Source: Alphaproteobacteria bacterium
GTDB lineage: Bacteria; Pseudomonadota; Alphaproteobacteria; Rs-D84
Direction of reading: 5' to 3'
Assembly: GCA_017475605.1 (NCBI GenBank)
Contig: JAFVFD010000002.1
Location: 1 to 32,000 of the forward strand
DNA: 32,000 nt
Below, piece by piece: positions 1-6,365 of this stretch; positions within the stretch are counted from its first letter, which is position 1, and each line of letters opens with the position of its first letter. Both the position numbers and the translations under genes were made by a program. Below the pieces are notes generated by a model. The model ran no database searches. It saw only the letters and a program-made list of their open reading frames with translations, and was not told where the DNA came from.

Positions 1-3000
1 GGATTATGTAAGATAACAAGTTGTAAGGCAGGATCATACTATACAAGTACGAACAGTGGGAACACGAACACATGTACAGCGTGTGGTAATGGGACGTTCT
101 TGAATGGTGATGGACATACAACGACTAGTTGTACGGCATGTAGTACGACGCCAGGGTATCCGAGTGGATTTACGAGTGGTGGAACATTCAGCACGAGTCC
201 GACTAGTGCGGCGACTGCGAGCAGTGCGTGTCGGTATGTAGCGCCTGACAAGAGCACGCCGAGCAACTGTAGTGGTATCAGCAAGAACACGGTGAGTTAC
301 AGTGGCAGTGCATGGGGTACAAACTTCTATACGGTAACATCTGCGGCGGGTAAGTACATTACGTCGAACAACAATGCGAATCCGACATGTGCGGCGGCGG
401 GCAATGGGTACTATGTGGATGCGACGAATCAGACGGCACAGACACAGTGTCCGGCTGGGTATCGCAGTGGGTCTGACAATGGTCGCGATGCGAGCACAGA
501 CTGTTATGTGAACACTACGGCAGGAAGTTATGTAAAGACTGCGAAAGATGCTACACAGACACAGTGTCCGGCGAATAGTTACTGTGTTAGCACGAAAGTA
601 TACTATAACAGCACAGGTGGCAGTGCAGCATGTAGTGGTTTAGGTGGAGGCTTGTACGCGAATTCTGCGGCTGGGTCTGATGCGGCAACCGACTGCTATA
701 TCACGATTGCGGCGACGAAGTATCTGCCTGCACAATCGTCAACAGCGGTCAGCAACTGTACAGCGAACTACTATTGTCCGGGTGGCAACTTCTATTACAG
801 CAGTACCGCCACGAACCAAGGGCGCACCGCATGTGCATCGCCATACAGCAGCAGTGCGACAAGCAGTGATGATGCGAACGATTGCTATCTGACGACGACG
901 GCGGGTAAGTATGTAGCGACGGCGGGCGAGGGCGAAACGACATGTGCGTCAAACGGGTATTGTGCTGGGGGCAGTACGATATACAAGGGTGGCAGTGTAA
1001 GTGGTCGTTCAACGACTGGTGGGCGCACCGCGTGTGCATCACCGTACAGCAGTGCGGGAACAGGCCAAGATGATGCGAACGATTGCTATCTGACTACGAC
1101 GGCGGGCAAATATGTAGCGACGGCTGGTTCTGGGGAAACGGCATGTGCGGCTGGAGGTTATTGTGCTGGAGGCAGTACGATATACAAGGGTGGCAGTGTA
1201 AGTGGCCGTTCAACGACTGGTGGGCGCACAGGCTGTCCGACGGCGTATCCGAGCAGTGCAACAAGTAGCAGTAAGATAGGTCAGTGTTACTTGACGTTGA
1301 CTGCAGGAAAGCAGGTAGCGAGTGCAGGGGCAGGGTCGAGCAACTGTAGTGCTGGTCGGTATTGCACGAGTACTGGTAACATCTATTACAACACGGATGG
1401 GGGTACGGCGACATATACAGGTACACAATGTGTAGCGGGATCATACAGTACCGCGGGTGCAAGCAGCTGTACGGCATGCGGTAATGGTAAGACGAGTACG
1501 GCTGGTGCGACATCATCCAGTTCATGTACAGATTGTACTGCGATAAGTGGATCGGCTGGATGGGCGGCGACATCGTGGAATACCAACAACACGATGACCA
1601 ACCTGTGTACGACATCTGGGTGTCAAGCGAACTACTATAAGAGTGGTAACAGTTGTCCGTCATGTTCAAGTGGAACGAACAGCAAATACACCAAGAGTTC
1701 TGCTGGTACGACGACAGTGAACAACTGTTATCTGACGACGACGGCGGGTAAATATATAACATCTGCGAATGCAGGGACGGGGACAGAAAGTGCGTGTGCG
1801 GCAGGGAGTTACTGTCCTGGAAGTGTAACGATATACTACGGTGGGACCCATAGCAGCAGCCACTTGACGTATGGAGGAAGCACCGCATGTGCATCGCCAT
1901 ACAGCAGCAGTGCGGCGAGCAGTGATGATGCGAACGATTGCTATCTGACTACGACGGCGGGTAAGTATGTTGCGACGGCTGGCGCGGGCGAAACGACGTG
2001 TGCTGAGAACGGGTATTGCCCAGGTGGCAGCGACATTTACAAGGGTGGCAGTGTAACTGGTCGTGCAACGACTGGTGGGCGCACCGCGTGTACATCACCG
2101 TACAGCAGTGCGGCAACCGGCCAAGATGATGCGAACGATTGTTATTTGACTACAACAGCGACAAAGTATGTTGCAACCGCGGGCGCTGGGGAAACGACTT
2201 GTGTGGCGGGTGGTTATTGCGCGGGCGGCACAACGGTTTACAAGGGGGGCAGTGTCAGCGGTCGTGTAACGACTGGTGGTATGACGGTCTGTGCGGACAA
2301 TACATATTCTTCCGCGGGAGCATCATCTTGTACCGCATGCGGCACCGCGAACGGTTACCATAACACCGGTACGGCGGCCAGTGCACACGCAACCGTTGCA
2401 TCGTGTGTGGCAACATGTGATGCAGGACAGTATGTTGCGACGGCTGGTGCGGGCTGTATCAGTACGACTGCGGGTAATTACAGCACCGGCGGAACGGTTG
2501 CACAAGATGCAACATTATCACAAACACCATGTGCGGCGGGGACCTATGCGGCATCGGGTGGAATGTCCGCGTGTACACCTGCGGCCAAGGGGTATTATGT
2601 GTCTGGCACCGGTAAAACGGCGCAAAGCGCGTGTTATGGGGGCAAGTATCAGGATGAAACGGGCCAATCATCGTGTAAATCGTGTCCGGCGGCATATCCA
2701 TCGGGTAATTATGCGATAACATCAATTAACAGTTGTTATTACAGTTGCCTTGGCGGGACATATTATGCGAATGCGAACGATGGTAAATGTACCGATGTTG
2801 GAACGGGCTATTATGCGGCGCACCAGAATGTAAGTTATGGCAAGTCTGGAACCCGCACCGCGTGTCCGTCTGGCATGACAACGACCGGTTCGGGCTATGG
2901 CGCGGACGAGGCCGCCGACTGTGGCCGGGTTCTGAAAACCGATGGTACAAGTGTGCGCCTGCGTCAGACCAAGAAGACGACACCGTCGCTTAATGTAAAA

Positions 3001-3507
3001 ATAGGGGACACCACATATTATGGTAATATGTCATTGGTGGAACATAAGACGACGGCGGGTTCGACCAGGGCGTTGCGTGTAAAAAACAATGATGGTTCAT
3101 ACTATGTCTATGATGATACCGCACAGGAAAATCGTGGTTATCCATGGGATGCAACCGGGTTTAACATAAACACGAACGGCACGACATATACATACAGTGC
3201 GGCAAATATGACATGGGAAACGACATTCGCGTGGGGCAAGGTATCTGGTATAGCGGCATGTAATTCGACGGCGGGTTCATGGGCAGTTGCATCGCCGGAT
3301 GTCCAGGCAAACAGTGGTGGAACGCGTTGCTGGTGCAAAATGACCAATGCCGATGGCATTGATACATCCGCTGTGTCGTCCTGGGTGTTCTACGACACGA
3401 GCTCCTCGGCTGCCGTTTGTGCGTCTAACTGTGCTGGCATCTGCGGTAGCTACGTCCGTCGCTCTGCCGTCTTCCGGTCCGGCGTGTTTTCGGCCGTCGG
3501 CGATTGA
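1..3507 (+). CDS. Giant Cys/Thr/Ser/Gly-rich repeat protein, DGR target (5' end outside window, C-terminal VR)
   Basis: Frame 1 is open from base 1: GLCKITSCKAGSYYTS... precedes the first Met at 100, so the gene is 5'-partial (>1168 aa). It has CxxC / C-x-A-G-x-Y cysteine-rich modules (CTACG, SCPSCSSG) and the motif [DN]CY[LIV]xxxA[GT]xY at least 8 times. The last 45 codons are the DGR VR. Stop codon at 3505-3507. Confidence 0.9.
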   Translation, partial: GLCKITSCKAGSYYTSTNSGNTNTCTACGNGTFLNGDGHTTTSCTACSTTPGYPSGFTSGGTFSTSPTSAATASSACRYVAPDKSTPSNCSGISKNTVSYSGSAWGTNFYTVTSAAGKYITSNNNANPTCAAAGNGYYVDATNQTAQTQCPAGYRSGSDNGRDASTDCYVNTTAGSYVKTAKDATQTQCPANSYCVSTKVYYNSTGGSAACSGLGGGLYANSAAGSDAATDCYITIAATKYLPAQSSTAVSNCTANYYCPGGNFYYSSTATNQGRTACASPYSSSATSSDDANDCYLTTTAGKYVATAGEGETTCASNGYCAGGSTIYKGGSVSGRSTTGGRTACASPYSSAGTGQDDANDCYLTTTAGKYVATAGSGETACAAGGYCAGGSTIYKGGSVSGRSTTGGRTGCPTAYPSSATSSSKIGQCYLTLTAGKQVASAGAGSSNCSAGRYCTSTGNIYYNTDGGTATYTGTQCVAGSYSTAGASSCTACGNGKTSTAGATSSSSCTDCTAISGSAGWAATSWNTNNTMTNLCTTSGCQANYYKSGNSCPSCSSGTNSKYTKSSAGTTTVNNCYLTTTAGKYITSANAGTGTESACAAGSYCPGSVTIYYGGTHSSSHLTYGGSTACASPYSSSAASSDDANDCYLTTTAGKYVATAGAGETTCAENGYCPGGSDIYKGGSVTGRATTGGRTACTSPYSSAATGQDDANDCYLTTTATKYVATAGAGETTCVAGGYCAGGTTVYKGGSVSGRVTTGGMTVCADNTYSSAGASSCTACGTANGYHNTGTAASAHATVASCVATCDAGQYVATAGAGCISTTAGNYSTGGTVAQDATLSQTPCAAGTYAASGGMSACTPAAKGYYVSGTGKTAQSACYGGKYQDETGQSSCKSCPAAYPSGNYAITSINSCYYSCLGGTYYANANDGKCTDVGTGYYAAHQNVSYGKSGTRTACPSGMTTTGSGYGADEAADCGRVLKTDGTSVRLRQTKKTTPSLNVKIGDTTYYGNMSLVEHKTTAGSTRALRVKNNDGSYYVYDDTAQENRGYPWDATGFNINTNGTTYTYSAANMTWETTFAWGKVSGIAACNSTAGSWAVASPDVQANSGGTRCWCKMTNADGIDTSAVSSWVFYDTSSSAAVCASNCAGICGSYVRRSAVFRSGVFSAVGD
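821..1222 (+). repeat. Two tandem 201-bp (67-aa) intragenic repeats (GRTACASPYSS...DDANDCYLTTTAGKYVATAG.GET.C...GYCAGGSTIYKGGSVSGRSTTG)
   Basis: The string caccgc(a/g)tgtgcatc recurs at 825 and 1026 (period 201). The translated units are near identical. Confidence 0.85.
1877..2278 (+). repeat. Second pair of the same 201-bp repeat, offset 1056 bp from the first pair
   Basis: caccgcatgtgcatcg at 1881 and caccgcgtgtacatc at 2082. The units translate to G(S/R)TAC(A/T)SPYSS...DDANDCYLTTTA(G/T)KYVATAGAGETTC... Confidence 0.85.
3367..3501 (+). other. DGR variable region (VR)
   Basis: Hand alignment with the reverse complement of 5303-5437 gives 121/135 identities. All 14 mismatches (VR positions 3391-3470) lie opposite TR adenines. 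It is in frame as SAVSSWVFYDTSSSAAVCASNCAGICGSYVRRSAVFRSGVFSAVG. Confidence 0.95.
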
Positions 3508-3523
3508 TACATCGGCGCCGGGC

Positions 3524-3545
3524 CCCATGCGACCTGTCGCATGGG
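3524..3545. promoter_or_regulatory. GC-rich hairpin 23 nt downstream of VR (candidate DGR target-recognition hairpin/cruciform)
   Basis: cccatgcga (3524-3532), loop cctg (3533-3536), tcgcatggg (3537-3545): a 9-bp perfect stem with a 4-nt loop, seen directly in the sequence. Confidence 0.5.
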
Positions 3546-3565
3546 TGGGTAAAACGGAAACCGTA

Positions 3566-3600
3566 CCGCCACACACCGTGTGTGTGGCGGTATTATTTGT
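3566..3600 (+). terminator. Rho-independent terminator of the target gene
   Basis: ccgccacacac / cgt / gtgtgtggcgg forms an 11-bp stem, followed by tattatttgt. Confidence 0.6.
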
Positions 3601-3605
3601 CTTTG

Positions 3606-3657
3606 CTGCGTTCGCAATGACAAGTGGCTGGATTGTTTTGCTGCGCCCGCAATGACA
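3606..3657. repeat. Two partial (right-half) copies of the ...tcgcaatgaca palindromic element family
   Basis: tcgcaatgaca at 3612-3622 and ggattgttttgctgcgcccgcaatgaca at 3630-3657. Compare the right halves of the full elements at 5582-5657 and 10419-10588. Confidence 0.7.
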
Positions 3658-3669
3658 AAGAGGGGGGTG

Positions 3670-3698
3670 TTGCAATAGTAATAATTTGTTGCTATAAT
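3670..3698 (+). promoter_or_regulatory. Sigma70-like promoter for the small ORF (TTGCAA-17 nt-TATAAT)
   Basis: ttgcaa at 3670-3675, a 17-nt spacer, and tataat at 3693-3698. It lies 25 nt upstream of the ATG at 3723, which is preceded by a ggggggg RBS. Confidence 0.45.
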
Positions 3699-3722
3699 TA
3701 TAAAAAAGATTGGGGGGGCAAT

Positions 3723-4049
3723 ATGACGCTGGATGAAATAAGTAAATTAAACAACACCGAATGTCCGAAATTCGCATCGTTCGCGCGGGATAAGTTGCCA
3801 ATGCCAGGGAAAAAGAAACGTTTGGATGAAATATTAAACCAGGAAATAATGGTAACTGATTTTCGCATAAATAAATCAAAAAAGCAGGTCGGTGGCGAAT
3901 GTTTACAATTACAATTCGTGTTGGGTGGCGAAGTATGTGTTGCCTTTACCGGCAGTGTCGTTTTAATTGACCAAATTCAGTCAGCCGAAGGAAATATTCC
4001 GTTTGTTGCAACCGTTGTAAAAATAGATAAATATTATTCTTTTTCCTGA
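3723..4049 (+). CDS. Hypothetical 108-aa protein between VR and RT (possible non-Avd DGR accessory factor)
   Basis: The ATG at 3723 has a G-rich RBS at 3713-3719 and its own promoter. The upstream part of the 3624 ORF reads through repeat elements and is unlikely to be coding. The sequence MTLDEISKLNNTECPKF...CLQLQFVLGGEVCVAFTGSVVLIDQIQ... matches no family I recognise. Confidence 0.6.
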   Translation: MTLDEISKLNNTECPKFASFARDKLPMPGKKKRLDEILNQEIMVTDFRINKSKKQVGGECLQLQFVLGGEVCVAFTGSVVLIDQIQSAEGNIPFVATVVKIDKYYSFS

Positions 4050-4057
4050 TACGGTTT

Positions 4058-5092
4058 CTATTTTCGAAAAAGGTGTTTTCGTATAAAACGATTAACAAAG
4101 CGCGACGGGTGTGTTTGCTGAACTTTACGCATTAAACTGCGCCGGAAATTATAACTGCAGGCCCATTTAAGCCATCCATGCGCCGCCGCCAATTGACCCA
4201 TTGCATGTTCGGAACAATCATCGTGTTTGGCAATGTTTAATATGCGGCGGGTAAGTTTTGCTGTCCCGCGTCGTCGCATAAGAATAAAGCGCGGAAAATA
4301 TCGATAGCCAATAAAATTAATACCGCATTTTGTTGGCCTGATACTGTGTCGCGAAAACGTTAATTTTAATTCATCGTCTAGAAAGGTCTTGATTGCATCA
4401 AACGCCCGATGTAATTCGGCTTTGTCATTGGAAAAAAGACAAAAATCATCACAATACCGAATATATGCACGCCACCGTAATTTATGTTTAACAAAATAAT
4501 CTAATTCATTAAGGTATACATTACCCAACCATTGACTTGTTAAATTGCCGATCGGAATGTTTTTCCCATCACCACCAGAACGAATAATCTCGGACAGCAA
4601 ATCCATAATTCGCTTGTCGCTTATTTTGCGATGTAAAATTTTAATCATTATGGCATGGTCTAAACTTGGGTAAAACTTGTGTATGTCGCATTGCAGAACG
4701 TATTTATGTTTTCGCATCATTGTCATTGTGCGCATCGCTGCACCATGTAAGCCACGTCCAGGAATACAAGCGAAAGAATCTGGTATAAATATGCGCATCC
4801 ATATCGGCCCAAGGATGTTTATTAACGCATGATGCACAATGTGGTCTGGATAAAGTGGCAGTTCATAGATTTTTCGTTTCTTGGGTTCATATATCGTGAA
4901 AACATTGTATGGGGATGTATGGAATTGATTGTTCCCCAGGTCGCGTCGTAATTTTTCGATATACATATCGCGATGCTTAAGAAAATGCCGGGTTTGTGGT
5001 TTGCCAGCCTTGCTTTTTACCGCATTATTAACGGCAACGGCAAAGTTTTCATCTGATATAAAATCTTTCCACAGATTGTTGTATCTTTTCAT
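4058..5092 (-). CDS. DGR-type reverse transcriptase
   Basis: 344 aa. RT motifs: LQCDIHKFYPSLDH, IGNLTSQWLGNVYLNELD (the [I/L]GxxxSQ signature typical of DGR RTs), YIRYCDDF (YxDD box) and GINFIGYRYF. It is on the same strand as the TR and 210 nt downstream of it. Confidence 0.93.
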   Translation of the reverse strand: MKRYNNLWKDFISDENFAVAVNNAVKSKAGKPQTRHFLKHRDMYIEKLRRDLGNNQFHTSPYNVFTIYEPKKRKIYELPLYPDHIVHHALINILGPIWMRIFIPDSFACIPGRGLHGAAMRTMTMMRKHKYVLQCDIHKFYPSLDHAIMIKILHRKISDKRIMDLLSEIIRSGGDGKNIPIGNLTSQWLGNVYLNELDYFVKHKLRWRAYIRYCDDFCLFSNDKAELHRAFDAIKTFLDDELKLTFSRHSIRPTKCGINFIGYRYFPRFILMRRRGTAKLTRRILNIAKHDDCSEHAMGQLAAAHGWLKWACSYNFRRSLMRKVQQTHPSRFVNRFIRKHLFRK

Positions 5093-5437
5093 TGTTGTTT
5101 GAATATCCTGGGCGTTGGCAGAAAATATTTTCCACTACTAGCCCAGATATTCCCTGTGCATTGTATTCGTAAGAATACGTAATGTATTCAAACAGGTCGC
5201 GGTATCCCGCCTTTGATACATTCAAGGCAAACAAGTATATTACCCTTGTGTCCCACAGGTTGGCAAAACTTATACCTTTTGGCAAGTTTGTTGACCAAAG
5301 GAGCCGACGGCCGAAAACACGCCGGACCGGAAGTCGGCATAGTTACGGACGTTGTTACCGCAGTTGTTAGCACAGTTAGACGCACATTCGGCAGCCGAGG
5401 AGTTCGTGTTGTTGAACACCCAGGACGACACAGCGGA
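5093..5437 (-). ncRNA. Predicted DGR template RNA (TR plus ~210-nt spacer upstream of RT)
   Basis: By analogy with the Bordetella phage DGR, where TR plus the spacer RNA is the RT substrate. The spacer carries several hairpins: gaatatcctgggc(5101-5113)/gcccagatattc(5141-5152), the palindrome gaaaatattttc (5121-5132), and gtattc-gtaa-gaatac (5163-5178). Confidence 0.5.
5303..5437 (-). other. DGR template repeat (TR)
   Basis: It is the reverse complement of the VR with 14 differences, all at TR adenines. Read in the VR frame it has 23 A's, including 9 AAC codons (SAVSSWVFNNTNSSAAECASNCANNCGNNVRNYADFRSGVFSAVG). Confidence 0.95.
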
Positions 5438-5477
5438 AAACTGTACGCTGAACTGATACGATACCGAAACCGAATTG

Positions 5478-5486
5478 ATTATAACA
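5478..5486 (-). promoter_or_regulatory. Extended -10 element (TGtTATAAT) upstream of TR
   Basis: The minus strand reads tgttataat about 41 nt upstream of the TR 5' end. No good -35 element. Confidence 0.3.
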
Positions 5487-5509
5487 AGAAAACACAGGAA
5501 AAGAAGGCT

Positions 5510-5539
5510 AAAAAACCACCGCCATCGCGGTGGTTTTTT
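5510..5539. terminator. Bidirectional hairpin terminator (copy 1 of a 38-bp direct repeat)
   Basis: aaaaaa-ccaccgc-catc-gcggtgg-tttttt. The string aaaaaccaccgccatcgcggtggtttttt(t)gttgttatg recurs at 5693-5731. Confidence 0.55.
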
Positions 5540-5581
5540 GTTGTTATGTATAATACCACCATTATAGCAACGATTTTCTTT

Positions 5582-5692
5582 TGTCATTGCGAGGAGCCGT
5601 CAGGCGACGCGGCAATCCAGGGGGGGGTATGGATTGCTTCGCAGGCTCGCAATGACAAGGGTTGTGGATTGCCACGCTGCGCTGGCAATGAT
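5582..5692. repeat. 76-bp palindromic MITE/REP-like element (5582-5657) plus an extra right-half copy (5665-5692)
   Basis: The termini tgtcattgcgag...ctcgcaatgaca are reverse complements, with inner arms cgcggcaatc / gattgcttcgc. Confidence 0.8.
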
Positions 5693-5722
5693 AAAAACCA
5701 CCGCCATCGCGGTGGTTTTTTT
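5693..5722. terminator. Hairpin terminator, copy 2 of the direct repeat
   Basis: Same ccaccgc-catc-gcggtgg hairpin, flanked by A and T runs. Confidence 0.5.
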
Positions 5723-5775
5723 GTTGTTATGGTTGTTCTTCTTTCTTCGTCATCCCGGCGGTATTCTTCTTTCAT

Positions 5776-5909
5776 CGTCATCCCGGCGGATGCCGGGATC
5801 CAGTTTGCGAAAGCAAACTTGTTTGCGCGAACACAAACAATGTTCGTAATTACGAATAAACAAGTTGGTGCCCAAGTGGCACCAACTGGATACCGCAATT
5901 CTGCGGTAT
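5776..5909. repeat. Chain of six consecutive short hairpins/palindromes, starting with the cgtcatcccggcggatgccgggatccag element
   Basis: The six are atcccggc-ggat-gccgggat; gtttgc-gaaa-gcaaac (5803-5818); ttgtttg-N8-caaacaa (5819-5840); ttcgtaattacgaa (5843-5856); agttggtgcc-N6-ggcaccaact (5863-5888); ataccgca-attc-tgcggtat (5890-5909). Confidence 0.75.
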
Positions 5910-5979
5910 GACGAATCTCTGGAATTATCGCGTGAAAAGCAAACTTGTAATACCGATTAAATAATATTATTATTCAAGT

Positions 5980-6297
5980 ATGAAAAATGGTGGTTATGTT
6001 TATATAATGGCATCAAAACGTATGGGAACAATTTATATCGGTTCGACATCCGATTTAGTTGGGCGCGCGCTTGAACATAAAAACAAAGTTTATCCTAAAT
6101 CTTTTACCGCAAAATACGATTGCGATAAATTAGTGTATTATGAATATCATGAATCGCTGGAAAATATGGTAAAACGGGAAAGACAATTAAAAGAGTGGCC
6201 GCGTAATTGGAAGATAAAGTTAATCATAGATAAAAACACAGATTGGCACGATTTGTATTCTGAATTATTGGAAAGTTATGGGTATAAGTCGGAATAA
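5980..6297 (+). CDS. GIY-YIG nuclease-superfamily protein (UPF0213/YhbQ-like)
   Basis: GGYVYIMASKRMGTIYIGSTSDLVGRALEHK...RERQLKEW.RNWKIKLI matches the GIY...YIG...R...E...K.W pattern of small GIY-YIG proteins. Confidence 0.85.
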   Translation: MKNGGYVYIMASKRMGTIYIGSTSDLVGRALEHKNKVYPKSFTAKYDCDKLVYYEYHESLENMVKRERQLKEWPRNWKIKLIIDKNTDWHDLYSELLESYGYKSE

Positions 6298-6314
6298 CAA
6301 GTCGCCGTTGGCGA

Positions 6315-6342
6315 CTGGATCCCGGCATCCGCCGGGATGACG
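6315..6342. repeat. 28-bp element, perfect inverted copy of 5776-5803
   Basis: ctggatcccggcatccgccgggatgacg is the exact reverse complement of cgtcatcccggcggatgccgggatccag at 5776-5803. Confidence 0.9.
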
Positions 6343-6365
6343 AGTGAAAGGTCGTCATAATGACA

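Noticed and set aside
749-1900. Long antisense and alternate-frame ORFs inside the giant gene (for example 1094-1900 minus strand 268 aa, 749-1042 minus strand, 2291-2719 plus strand).
   Set aside because: They are shadow ORFs caused by the stop-poor, repetitive ACG/GCG/GGT-rich composition. Their peptides are low-complexity and lack starts with an RBS.
3624-3722. Upstream part of the 141-aa ORF (MAGLFCCARNDKEGGVAIV...).
   Set aside because: This segment is translated REP half-elements plus the predicted promoter. The ATG at 3723 with its G-rich RBS is the credible start.
3277-3879. 200-aa minus-strand ORF spanning the VR, the hairpins and the promoter region.
   Set aside because: It crosses two terminator-type hairpins and REP fragments and is antisense to the well-supported VR coding frame.
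5270-5587. 105-aa minus-strand ORF whose C-terminal half reads like the target protein's C-terminus (SSWVFNNTNSSAAECASNCANNCGNNVRNYADFRSGVFSAVG).
   Set aside because: It is the in-frame translation of the TR. The ORF starts inside a palindromic repeat, runs through a terminator hairpin and has no RBS. It is a template RNA, not a second target gene.
5213-5911. 232-aa plus-strand ORF across the TR and the repeat cluster.
   Set aside because: It is antisense to the TR and is composed of translated REP/MITE and terminator sequences (the PPPSRWFF and HRHRGGFF stretches arise from the repeated terminator hairpin). It has no coding signature.
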